A stretch of 41,982 nt of DNA from an uncultured Treponema sp. Lineage in GTDB: Bacteria; Spirochaetota; Spirochaetia; Treponematales; Treponemataceae. The position numbers and the translations under genes were made by a program. Location of the stretch: positions 1 to 41,982 of the forward strand of contig CAZURC010000004.1 of the NCBI GenBank assembly GCA_964623405.1, in the 5' to 3' direction. The notes below the pieces were generated by a model. That model was not told where the DNA came from, did not search any database, and saw only the letters and a list, made by a program, of their open reading frames with translations. Position 1 is the stretch's first letter, and each line of letters begins with the position of its first letter. Positions 1-8,739 of this stretch are shown piece after piece.

Positions 1-854
1 ACTTTTCCAATCACGGCTCCTGTGTCAACCTTTTGTCCTTTCTCCACAAGAATTTTTGACAGATGCGCATAGAAGCTTGTCATTCCGTTGTAGTGCTGGA
101 TTTCAATATAGTTGCCGTAGGTTGTGTTGAATCCTGTCCTGACGACAGTTCCTGCCTTGCATGAGTATACATCTGAGCCTGTCGGGGCGGCCAGGTCAAC
201 TCCGGAGTGGAATTTCCATGTTCCTGAGATTGGACTGACCCTGTAGCCAAAGTCGCTGGTAAGAACGCTTGACTTGAGAGGGCTTGCCATGTTTGTGTCC
301 AGGAAGAAAAGAGATGTTGTCGGATCAAGCCTTTCGTCCGTGAAGAAATAGAATTTCTCTCCGTCAATCACAAAGACTTGCGCTTCATTTATTGTTCCGT
401 CTGTAATGTATTTCTTGAAAAGCAGCTGCTCCCAGGCGGTTTTTGGCGAGCTTGGAACGAATATTCCGTTAAAGGAGCAGACCTTGATTCTTGTTCCCGC
501 TACCCTCGCATCCGCTCCCGACAGCCTGTTAAGGGTTGCAAGCGTATCCTTGTATACAGGACTGAGCCTTGATGAGAGCCAGAGAAAATCCATGTTTTCC
601 GGCACCGACAGCGTGTAGAACGTGAGAAGAGGCTCTCTTTTTTCTGAGTATGACTTTCTTGTGTTGTATTGCGCGTCTTCCGTGAACTGCCTGAATACCA
701 GATCTCTTGATTCAGGCGAGGCGATATGAGGAGCCTTTGATGTGTCTATCGCTATATCCGCGCCATGCTGTGCAAACGATGGAATAATCGGGAAAAATAA
801 GAGAAAGGCTGACGCAAGAGAGGCCAGTAGTCTCCTATTCAACGTTTTCTTCAT
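1..854 (-). CDS. M23 family metallopeptidase (3' end runs off the window)
   Basis: Not in the ORF track; translated by hand from ATG at 854 (MKKTLNRRLLASLASAFLLFFPIIPSFAQ, signal-like) and open to position 1. It contains M23 motifs TSDFGYRVSP, HSGVDL, YGNYIEIQH and YAHLS. Confidence 0.9.
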   Translation of the reverse strand, partial: MKKTLNRRLLASLASAFLLFFPIIPSFAQHGADIAIDTSKAPHIASPESRDLVFRQFTEDAQYNTRKSYSEKREPLLTFYTLSVPENMDFLWLSSRLSPVYKDTLATLNRLSGADARVAGTRIKVCSFNGIFVPSSPKTAWEQLLFKKYITDGTINEAQVFVIDGEKFYFFTDERLDPTTSLFFLDTNMASPLKSSVLTSDFGYRVSPISGTWKFHSGVDLAAPTGSDVYSCKAGTVVRTGFNTTYGNYIEIQHYNGMTSFYAHLSKILVEKGQKVDTGAVIGK

Positions 855-1257
855 CTTTAAGTGTGTTTTTTTTGCGCGGCTCTGGCCTTGCGGTGAATGA
901 CACAAGCCCATATATGATTAGGGCGGCGGCAATGAGAGGAAGCGCAAGGATTCTTTTTCCTGAGAGCACAAGCAGTATAAAGAGAAAAACTGTCCCTGCT
1001 ATTATGAGAAACTTTGCAAGAAACAGCATTGTCTTGCGTATTCCGGCGTCCTTTGCCTTTGAGAAAGCCCAGAAAATGATTGCCGCGATAATGAGAGAGG
1101 ATACGCATATTGTATAGGCGTGGGGGAGCTTTGTCGCAAAATACCACAGCGGATAAACAAAGCCTGCTCCGGCCGCCAGGCACACCGCAAGAAGCAGGAC
1201 AGCCTTTGCTATTGAAGAGAAAATCTGTCCGTAGCCTGTTAGAATCCTTTTAAGCAT
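835..1257 (-). CDS. Hypothetical membrane protein (about 4 TM segments)
   Basis: Four hydrophobic stretches. The ATG at 1257 is chosen over the track start. The stop overlaps the M23 gene start. Confidence 0.7.
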   Translation of the reverse strand: MLKRILTGYGQIFSSIAKAVLLLAVCLAAGAGFVYPLWYFATKLPHAYTICVSSLIIAAIIFWAFSKAKDAGIRKTMLFLAKFLIIAGTVFLFILLVLSGKRILALPLIAAALIIYGLVSFTARPEPRKKNTLKDEENVE

Positions 1258-1279
1258 TATGGGATAATAATAAAGGGAC

Positions 1280-1314
1280 AAAAAAAAATCTGCAAGGCCT
1301 TAAAGCCTTGCAGA
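1280..1314 (-). terminator. Rho-independent terminator of the ferredoxin gene
   Basis: TCTGCAAGGC (1289-1298) / GCCTTGCAGA (1305-1314) 10-bp stem, followed by a T-run on the minus strand. Confidence 0.85.
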
Positions 1315-1322
1315 CCCTCTTG

Positions 1323-1496
1323 TTATTCCTCAGCAATTGCAGAAGCAGGGCATTCGCTTGCGCAAGTACCGCAGCTTACACATTTTGAAGAATCAATCTG
1401 GCGGTGTCCGTCGTTCTCGCTGATTGCGCCGACTGGACAGTCTGGCTCGCATGTGCCGCAGTTGACACATGAGTTCGGATCAATTTTATAAGCCAT
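1323..1496 (-). CDS. 2x[4Fe-4S] clostridial-type ferredoxin, 57 aa
   Basis: MAYKIDPNSCVNCGTCEPDCPVGAISENDGHRQIDSSKCVSCGTCASECPASAIAEE has two CxxCxxCxxxCP motifs and an upstream GAGG RBS. It is below the ORF track cutoff. Confidence 0.95.
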   Translation of the reverse strand: MAYKIDPNSCVNCGTCEPDCPVGAISENDGHRQIDSSKCVSCGTCASECPASAIAEE

Positions 1497-1526
1497 AAGT
1501 GTACCTCTTTTTGCTTAATCTGGACT

Positions 1527-1620
1527 TATTCTAGCACATAAAATTCCTGCAAACAAGAAAATCCGCTTTGTTTTTGAACGATTTAGCCTGTGCTAATTCC
1601 TGCGGATATGTGCTAGAATA
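1527..1620. promoter_or_regulatory. Divergent sigma70-type promoters with identical extended -10 boxes (14-bp inverted repeat)
   Basis: TATTCTAGCACATA (1527-1540) is the exact reverse complement of TATGTGCTAGAATA (1607-1620). Each reads TGTG-C-TAGAAT toward its gene. Confidence 0.6.
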
Positions 1621-1693
1621 GAGCTATGAGAACAGGTCATTCTCGGAAAACCGATGCTTTCTGCGATGCCTTGTTTTTAGAGGAAATAGACTT

Positions 1694-2368
1694 ATGGATA
1701 GAGAACAAATCGCAGCTCTTATTGATCATACAAATCTTTCTGCGTGCGCCACTTCTGACGACATAAGAAAGCTGTGCATGGAGGCTAAGAAATACGGCTT
1801 TGCGAGCTGCTGCGTGAACCCTTCTTACGTTCCGCTAGCTGCGGAGGAGCTGGCTGGAAGCGGTGTAAAGGTGTGCACTGTGATTGCCTTTCCGCTCGGC
1901 GCGAATTCAATTGATGACAAGGCGAGCCAGGCCGCTATGTGCGTGAGCGAGGGCGCGGACGAGGTTGACATGGTCGTGAATCTCGGCTCTGTAAAGGACA
2001 AGAACTGGGAGGATGTGTTCGAGGAGATTTACGCAGTTAGATGCGCTGTTGATGATGTTGATACAGGAGACAGAAGAAAAATCACTGTCAAGGTAATTCT
2101 TGAAACATGCTATCTTGATGACGAGGAGATTGTCCATGTCTGTATGCAGGCAAAGAAAGCGGGCGCGGACTTTGTGAAGACTTCAACAGGATTCGCAGCG
2201 GAGGGCGCCACTGTCCATGCGGTTGAGCTTATGAGAAAGACTGTGGGAGATGATATGGGCGTCAAGGCTAGCGGAGGAATCCGCACATATAGCCAGGCCG
2301 TCGCCATGATAGAAGCTGGAGCCACACGCCTCGGCTGCTCGGCGAGCGTTAAGATTGTGGAGGAGTAG
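1694..2368 (+). CDS. deoC: Deoxyribose-phosphate aldolase
   Basis: Motifs IDHTNL, VCTVIAFPLG, GADEVDMV, KVILET, FVKTSTGF and GVKASGGIR. Confidence 0.97.
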   Translation: MDREQIAALIDHTNLSACATSDDIRKLCMEAKKYGFASCCVNPSYVPLAAEELAGSGVKVCTVIAFPLGANSIDDKASQAAMCVSEGADEVDMVVNLGSVKDKNWEDVFEEIYAVRCAVDDVDTGDRRKITVKVILETCYLDDEEIVHVCMQAKKAGADFVKTSTGFAAEGATVHAVELMRKTVGDDMGVKASGGIRTYSQAVAMIEAGATRLGCSASVKIVEE

Positions 2369-2390
2369 AGCGCGGATTTTTCTCATGCGA

Positions 2391-3329
2391 CTAGGAGACA
2401 GACCAGTACATGATATTGTCCTTAATCTCGTACTTTATTTTTCCGGCATCGCACAGCGAGCTGAGGTAGGAGCGCAATGTGCATCCTATAAGGGTGTACT
2501 GGCTGAGCTTTAAGGGGATGCTGTTCCTGTCCGCAACCGCCTTTAGAACCTGCTCTGCTGTCTTTGGTGTCTTAAGCTCGTCTAGTATCATGTCTTCTGT
2601 CTCAAGGAGCGCAATCATATTCAGCTCCACAAGCCCCTCTATCTCCTGGACACACTGTCCGTGGCCTGGAACATAGAAGTCTGCCTTTATTCCTGAGAGT
2701 TTCTCAAGGCTTTGCTTTGTAAGCTCCTCGTTGAACAGATACTGAATCCAGTATTTTTTTATTACGTTTCTTCCGCTGAGCGCATCCCCTGCGAACATTG
2801 TTTTCTTCTTGTCTGTGTCCGTGATGAGGAAGCCTGTCTGGTCAATGTAGTGGCCTTTCAGGGAAACTGCCTGGACTGATATTTTGTCTTCTATAGGAAA
2901 GCGCTCGCTGTTAGTGAATGTCCTGTCCACCTTGCATTGCCGCGCTACAAAGTACGGTGTCTCAAGCTCCTTGACAGGCATTCCGCCCCAGATAAGGCCG
3001 GATTCAATCACAGGGCATTCCATTATTGCGGCCTCTCCTGTGCTTGCCCATATCTGGCAGCCTGTAAGCTCCTTGAGATAGATATTCGCGCCGCAGTGGT
3101 CGGCGTGAGAGTGCGTGTTTATTATGGCCTTGAGCACAGGAGAGGGAAAAGAGCTTTTTAGGCACTCTGTGATAGCATCTGCATGGCTCTTGTTGTTCCC
3201 GCTGTCAATAAGGTATACGCTTGTCTTTTCTTTCCCTGACGGAAGCGCGATGATACCGATGTTTGTTGACAGCGGAAGGCAGAATACATGCTCGCTTATA
3301 TTTATTAGGTCTATGCTTTTTTCCTCCAT
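2391..3329 (-). CDS. MBL-fold metallo-hydrolase
   Basis: LIDSG, THSHADH (HxHxDH), GH, FAGD and VPGHG motifs. Confidence 0.9.
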   Translation of the reverse strand: MEEKSIDLINISEHVFCLPLSTNIGIIALPSGKEKTSVYLIDSGNNKSHADAITECLKSSFPSPVLKAIINTHSHADHCGANIYLKELTGCQIWASTGEAAIMECPVIESGLIWGGMPVKELETPYFVARQCKVDRTFTNSERFPIEDKISVQAVSLKGHYIDQTGFLITDTDKKKTMFAGDALSGRNVIKKYWIQYLFNEELTKQSLEKLSGIKADFYVPGHGQCVQEIEGLVELNMIALLETEDMILDELKTPKTAEQVLKAVADRNSIPLKLSQYTLIGCTLRSYLSSLCDAGKIKYEIKDNIMYWSVS

Positions 3330-3355
3330 AGTTCCTGTGTTCTCCTATGCTTGTT

Positions 3356-4423
3356 CTATTCTTCCAGATAAAGGTCGCCGTCTTTTATCCAGCCCGCCTT
3401 GCGCAGAATAAGTCCGAAAGCCCAGGAAAGGAGTCCCGGAAGAACAAAGCATACCAGCGCAAGCCCCAGCCAGTCAAAAGCTGATGGGCTTATTGCCGTG
3501 GCTCCGTGTGCGAGTGCTGTCTCTGACGGATTGTACCACCCTGCTACAACTCCAATCTGTCCTACAAGACCGCATGTGCCCATTCCTGAGCTTACTGCGG
3601 CTCCATTCATCTCCATCTTGAAGATGCATGTCGCGACTGGCCCTGTGATCAGGGAGGTGAGGCAGGCAGGAATCCAGATCCGCGGATTCTTTATTATGTT
3701 CGGCATCTGCAGCATGCTTGTTCCAAGTCCCTGGCTCAAAAGACCTGACCAGCGGTTTTCCCTGAAGCTTAGCACGGCGAAGCCCACCATCTGGGCGCAG
3801 CATCCTGCTACGGCGGCGCCTCCTGCAAGGCCCGTGAGACCAAGAGCCGCGCATATAGCGGCTGAGCTTACAGGAAGTGTGAGCAGAACACCTACGAGCA
3901 GAGAGATAATCATTCCCATCAGGAACGGGCGCAATGTGGTTGCCCATACTATTATATTTCCGAATGCGCTGGCGGCCATGCCGATGTATTTTGCTGTAAG
4001 GACTGTAAGCAATGCTCCTGAAAGGATTGTGACAAGGGGAGTAACGATAATGTCAACCTTTGTTCTCTTGCTGACGAGATTTCCCAGCTCCGCCGCAATT
4101 ATAGCCACGACAAGGACTGCAAGAGGGCCGCCGGCGCCTCCTGTTACATTCGCCGCGCTTCCTACTGCAACAAGGCTGAACAGCACGAGGTTTGGAACCT
4201 GCATTGCTTTTCCGATTCCGACAGCCATTGCCGCTCCTACTACATGAGCGTCCGACGCGAAGTTTCCTGCGTCTATAAGAAACTGGAACACAGGGTTCTG
4301 TCCGAGCCTTAGGAGCTGCTGTCCTAAGGTCTTTACAATTGTTCCGATTAAAAGCGAGGCGAAAAGTCCCTGAGCCATTCCACCTAAAGCATCAATCAGA
4401 TACCTTTTGACGTACTTGTTCAT
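3356..4423 (-). CDS. PTS sugar transporter subunit IIC-like membrane protein (PTS_EIIC_2/PfoR-like)
   Basis: N-terminus DALGGMAQGLFASLLIGTI; motifs LPVSSAAI, GLGTSMLQMPNI and SGMGTCGLVG. A GGAGG RBS precedes the ATG at 4423. Confidence 0.85.
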   Translation of the reverse strand: MNKYVKRYLIDALGGMAQGLFASLLIGTIVKTLGQQLLRLGQNPVFQFLIDAGNFASDAHVVGAAMAVGIGKAMQVPNLVLFSLVAVGSAANVTGGAGGPLAVLVVAIIAAELGNLVSKRTKVDIIVTPLVTILSGALLTVLTAKYIGMAASAFGNIIVWATTLRPFLMGMIISLLVGVLLTLPVSSAAICAALGLTGLAGGAAVAGCCAQMVGFAVLSFRENRWSGLLSQGLGTSMLQMPNIIKNPRIWIPACLTSLITGPVATCIFKMEMNGAAVSSGMGTCGLVGQIGVVAGWYNPSETALAHGATAISPSAFDWLGLALVCFVLPGLLSWAFGLILRKAGWIKDGDLYLEE

Positions 4424-4597
4424 AACGTCCTCCAAAAGAGAAATAGATATGTCATTGATATACTTGCTGATGCCTGCTTTTTGGTCATCTCAAACGTAAC
4501 ATCTGATTCTCTACAACATAGCAGAAAAACGTCTTTGTTGCAAAAGGTTGAATTTGGCTTTGTGCATACAGCGAAATAGTGGTATAATCAAACTGCT

Positions 4598-5827
4598 ATG
4601 TTTTTTCACGGTGGAACTAATTCCCGGCGGCTTGACGACTATCTGGACTTCTCTGCGAATACAAGTCCTCTTGGTGTTCATAAGGCCGCCTCCCGCGCGC
4701 TTCTTGCGCTCTCTCTTAATCCTGATATCCTTGCCGCATATCCTGATCCAAACTGCTCAGAGCTAAAGGAATCTCTTGCCAAGTACTGGGGATTCAGCGG
4801 GCCTATTCTCTGCGGCTCAGGGGCTGCGGACATAACACAGCTTATATCCATGGTGTTCGGAAAGAACGTTCAGGGAACTGCATTCAATCTTATTGTGGAG
4901 CCGGCTTTCTCTGAGTATGAGAATGCGCTTCTCATGGCATGCGGGGAGGACAAGATTCTTCATCTTACGCTTGAGGAGAAGAATGGATTTAGCTTCACGG
5001 AAGATGACTTTGGACGCCTGGAGAGGATACTTTCCGGAGGAGTCCCCCTCATGTTCATGGCCAGCCCTTCAAATCCTGCCGGCAACGTAGTTCCCCTTGA
5101 CATGATAGAGAGAATTGCCGGAGCCTGTGAGAAATCCGGCACTGTCCTTGTCCTTGACTCCTGCTTCTGCCAGTTCAGCAAGCAGGCGGAGGCGGATGTC
5201 CGTGCTCTTGCTGCCAGGAAAGATGAGTTTCCTCATCTTATAATCCTGAACGCCTTTACGAAATTCTACGGAATGGCAGGCCTTAGACTTGGATATGCGC
5301 TTTGCTTCAGCTCAAAAGTGTATGATCCTCTTGTAAATGCAATGCGGCCCTGGGCTATAAGCACGGATGCGCAGGTTGCAGGAACTGCGGTTATGAATGC
5401 GGAGATTGAGAGCGGCGCATGGCGAAAGGCTATGCTCAAGCTTGTGAGAGAGGAAAGAAAGTATTTGTCGGACTGTTTCCTTGGAATAGGCGCGAAAGTT
5501 CTGGAAGGGGAGGGCAACTACATTTTGATTCAGCTGGACAGCGCTCTTCAGGACAAAGCCTCAAGATTTGCGCGGAGCGGCTCTCATGGAGATGAAAAAA
5601 AAGGACACAACGGACCTAAGAAGCAGGCTCTTGCGGAAGGAGCGGATGACTCTTCAAGTCCTTTCCTTGCTCCTTTGTGCCAGGCTCTTGCCCTGTCAAA
5701 GATTGTAATAAGAGGATGCTCTGATTTTTACGGAATGGATCAGAGCTGGTACCGTGTCTCCATAAAGAATCACGAGGAGAACTCAAGACTGGTGAAAGCT
5801 ATAGAGAAGATTTTTATGGCTAGCTAA
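4598..5827 (+). CDS. cobD: PLP-dependent class I/II enzyme, threonine-phosphate decarboxylase CobD-like
   Basis: N-terminal HGG..LDFSANTSPLG, YPDP, PSNPAG and FTKFYGMAGLRLGY (PLP lysine). Confidence 0.75.
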   Translation: MFFHGGTNSRRLDDYLDFSANTSPLGVHKAASRALLALSLNPDILAAYPDPNCSELKESLAKYWGFSGPILCGSGAADITQLISMVFGKNVQGTAFNLIVEPAFSEYENALLMACGEDKILHLTLEEKNGFSFTEDDFGRLERILSGGVPLMFMASPSNPAGNVVPLDMIERIAGACEKSGTVLVLDSCFCQFSKQAEADVRALAARKDEFPHLIILNAFTKFYGMAGLRLGYALCFSSKVYDPLVNAMRPWAISTDAQVAGTAVMNAEIESGAWRKAMLKLVREERKYLSDCFLGIGAKVLEGEGNYILIQLDSALQDKASRFARSGSHGDEKKGHNGPKKQALAEGADDSSSPFLAPLCQALALSKIVIRGCSDFYGMDQSWYRVSIKNHEENSRLVKAIEKIFMAS

Positions 5828-5860
5828 AAGGCCCTGCTGTCTTTTTGGGGAAAGAACTGT

Positions 5861-5900
5861 AAAAACAAAACCGCGGCTTATTAACCGCGGTTTTGTTTTT
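5861..5900. terminator. Bidirectional terminator between the convergent cobD and greA genes
   Basis: Perfect 16-bp inverted repeat AAAAACAAAACCGCGG / CCGCGGTTTTGTTTTT. Confidence 0.9.
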
Positions 5901-5907
5901 TATGACT

Positions 5908-8634
5908 TTATTTTGCAAGCTCAATCGACTTGACAGTATAGTCGTTCTCACGGCCGTTGATTGAGAATGTAAGCCTTTCCCCGACTTTCGCATCGAGAAT
6001 CTCGTTTCCAAGAGGAGACATGTATGAGATGACTCCCGCATCAGGGTCTGATTCCCACGGTCCCATCAAAGTGAACGTCTCGTCTTTTCCTGTAAGGTTG
6101 TTCGCGAGCGTTACTACGGTTCCGAAAGAGACCATCGAAGTTGTCGCTGTTGTCGGATCAAAGATAACTGCGCGCGCAAGCTCTCCCTGCAGGCGCTTAA
6201 GGTCGTTGTTCAGCTTGTGCTGCGCTTCCTTCGCGGCTATGTACTCTGCGTTTTCCTTTAAGTCTCCCTTCTCCTTTGCATCTGCTACTTCCTTTGCGAT
6301 TGCAGGAAGGTCGATTGTTGTCATTTTTGTCTCGAGTGCTTTCTTTTCATCAAGCTTAGCCTTTGTTACAAGCATTCCTCTTGGAGCAAGCGCTTTCTCT
6401 TCTCTTGCGCGGAACTTGTAGTCAGGATATTTCTCAAGAATCCTGTTGCGAAGTGTCTGCTTGTAGGAAGGCTCAAGGTCTGCGATGTCATCAACGAGCG
6501 TATAAAGGTGATCCATTGTCTCCTTGTCGCTTGAAAGCATGAAGTCCGCATATACGTTCCTGTCGTCTTTCTCGCCGAATACAAGCTTCTTTGCGTTCTT
6601 GTTGATTTTCTTGTTTTCTGTTGTGTTCACATGGTTGTCAATCTCGCGGTATGTCTGGTCGATTAGGTTTACTATTGTAATCAGCTGCTTCTGGAAAGAG
6701 ACACCTGCATTCTTGTACCATTCATCATCCTGGCATTTGTCAAAGAAGAATAGAACAGCCTCCCTGTAGTCACGGAAGTTGTCAAATGCCTTCTCCACAA
6801 GCTTCTGCACTTTGTCTGTGTTTCCGCTGTCAATGAGCTGATTGAGCATTCCCTTGTCCAAGACTGTAGGGAACAGCTCTATGTATTGGTCAACCCAGTC
6901 AGGAAGAAGCTTTATCGCTTCCAGGAAATCTTCTTTTAGAGACGCGTTCTTGCTGTCCTTGAGGAGAGTGTACATCTCGCGCGGGTTGTCAATCTCCTTG
7001 TAGAGCTCTGCGAATGTAAAGCTTGGTGTGTATGCAAGGCTAGAAATTACAGCCCCTGTCTTCTGCACAACAAGGTAAGAGGCTACAACCTGCTCGTCAA
7101 CCTTTGAGAAGGCCTTGAGGAATCCCTTGAAATAGTTGTACATGTCTGTGAATAGCTCGCTGTCCTTGTCTGCTTCCTCGTCGTTAAGGTATTTCATGAA
7201 TACCTCAACACGCGGCATAAAGTCTTTCTGAGCCTTGAACTCGTTGCTTAGCTTCTCTTCTGTGGAAATCTCTCCATCGCGCACCGTATACTCGTTTATG
7301 TTGTTCGGATTGACGGCGAATATAGGGTTTGTCTCCAGGGCTTTCTTTGCCGATGTGTTCCATGATGTCCACTCGCCTGGTGTGAGAATTGAAGGAACAA
7401 GCTCAGCCTTTATTCTCTTGAAGTCGCAGCTGTTGCCGAACGACTTTATGATGATTTTAAGAGCTTCGGACTTGTCCTTGTTGTCCTTGAATATCTTTTG
7501 AAGCTCAGCCTTTGATTTTGTCGCTTTTAATACCCATATATGGTTGCGGGAAAGAGGCTGCAGCGCGCTGACAGCCATCTTGAGCGTCATTTTCTTTATT
7601 CCGTTCTTTTTCCCGAAGTTGATTGTGAGAGTATCGTTCTCAACTTTTGTTATGATTCCGACTCCCCATGAGCGGTGGTATACAAAATTCTTGGCGCCGA
7701 ACGCAATATGCTTCTCAAAGTCGTTTATGGCCTCGAAAACATTGCGGAAGCTCTGTGTAAGGTTTGAGGAGCGGATGAATTCATCTACATTCGGGTTCTT
7801 TGCGTATTTTCCCTGGAAGCAGGCGGCGATTTCGTTTCTTGCCCAGTTGTCCTTTGGATCTATATTGAGAATGATTTTCAGGAGCTTTATCGCGACATCC
7901 CATTTCTTAGGGTCATTTGCCGCATTGTCCTTGTAGTATGGATAAATGTCGCGCAGCAGGAGCGCGCTCTTGTCCGCGCTGATTGTCTTTTCAACTTTTC
8001 TCTGGACAAGAAGGAAAAAGTCTATTTCTTCCGGTATGAGAGAGACGAGCTTTGACCATACTTCCTTGAGCGCAGTCATGTTGCCTAAGTTCACAAAGCG
8101 AAGCGCGGCTTTCTTGTAATAGGAAACTGCGTTTTTTTCGTCTCCTGCCGCCTCATAGTGCTCTGCAAGAATCTTTGCGATTTCCGCCTCTTCTACATCG
8201 ATTTTTACGATTTTCTCGTATAGCTCCCATGCCTTGTCATCGTTTTCTGCACGGCAGATGTCCGCAAGCTTGCGCAGGGCAAACTTGTTTGAAGGAGCTA
8301 TGCTTAGAATCGTCTCGCATATATATTTGACAACAGGCTCCTTGTGATTTTTCTGGAATATGTCAACAAGTGTCTCCAAAGAGGAGTTGTCAAGGTTTCC
8401 TTGTGCAAGTCCGAGCATTCCTGAGATATAAAGCGCAATTATGCTGTCTTTCGAGTGAGAGAGCTGCTCATCGCATATATTCTTGAGCTCGTCTGTACAG
8501 TTTTCTGTCTTTGCTTTTTCTACGATTTCTGATAATTCAGCCAGATTGTTTTTCGTGTAGTTGCTGATCGCTGCCCTTGTCCATGTCTCCTCTTTGAGCA
8601 TCTCCTGGACTTTTTCAATGATTTCTGCGGACAT
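5908..8634 (-). CDS. greA: Transcription elongation factor GreA with long helical N-terminal extension (spirochete type)
   Basis: C-terminal GreA domain (GDLKENAEY, VSFGTVV, ISYMSPLG) after about 750 aa of helical/TPR-like sequence. Confidence 0.93.
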   Translation of the reverse strand: MSAEIIEKVQEMLKEETWTRAAISNYTKNNLAELSEIVEKAKTENCTDELKNICDEQLSHSKDSIIALYISGMLGLAQGNLDNSSLETLVDIFQKNHKEPVVKYICETILSIAPSNKFALRKLADICRAENDDKAWELYEKIVKIDVEEAEIAKILAEHYEAAGDEKNAVSYYKKAALRFVNLGNMTALKEVWSKLVSLIPEEIDFFLLVQRKVEKTISADKSALLLRDIYPYYKDNAANDPKKWDVAIKLLKIILNIDPKDNWARNEIAACFQGKYAKNPNVDEFIRSSNLTQSFRNVFEAINDFEKHIAFGAKNFVYHRSWGVGIITKVENDTLTINFGKKNGIKKMTLKMAVSALQPLSRNHIWVLKATKSKAELQKIFKDNKDKSEALKIIIKSFGNSCDFKRIKAELVPSILTPGEWTSWNTSAKKALETNPIFAVNPNNINEYTVRDGEISTEEKLSNEFKAQKDFMPRVEVFMKYLNDEEADKDSELFTDMYNYFKGFLKAFSKVDEQVVASYLVVQKTGAVISSLAYTPSFTFAELYKEIDNPREMYTLLKDSKNASLKEDFLEAIKLLPDWVDQYIELFPTVLDKGMLNQLIDSGNTDKVQKLVEKAFDNFRDYREAVLFFFDKCQDDEWYKNAGVSFQKQLITIVNLIDQTYREIDNHVNTTENKKINKNAKKLVFGEKDDRNVYADFMLSSDKETMDHLYTLVDDIADLEPSYKQTLRNRILEKYPDYKFRAREEKALAPRGMLVTKAKLDEKKALETKMTTIDLPAIAKEVADAKEKGDLKENAEYIAAKEAQHKLNNDLKRLQGELARAVIFDPTTATTSMVSFGTVVTLANNLTGKDETFTLMGPWESDPDAGVISYMSPLGNEILDAKVGERLTFSINGRENDYTVKSIELAK

Positions 8635-8739
8635 ATTTTTTCTCCTTATTCTTGCGCATGCTTTATAATTTCTCTTCGTTATGTATTCCGGAAAAAACTC
8701 TTTCCTCTTGCTAATATATGAGGAAATCCATCCGGAGTT

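Noticed and set aside
80-367. 95-aa ORF from the track
   Set aside because: It is an off-frame overlap of the real M23 peptidase on the same strand.
3399-4247. 282-aa + strand ORF
   Set aside because: It is the antisense shadow of the PTS-IIC-like gene and has no recognisable motifs.
4424-4597. Cobalamin or other riboswitch between the PTS-IIC-like gene and cobD
   Set aside because: No B12-box or strong stems are visible, and the cobD promoter sits immediately before its ATG.
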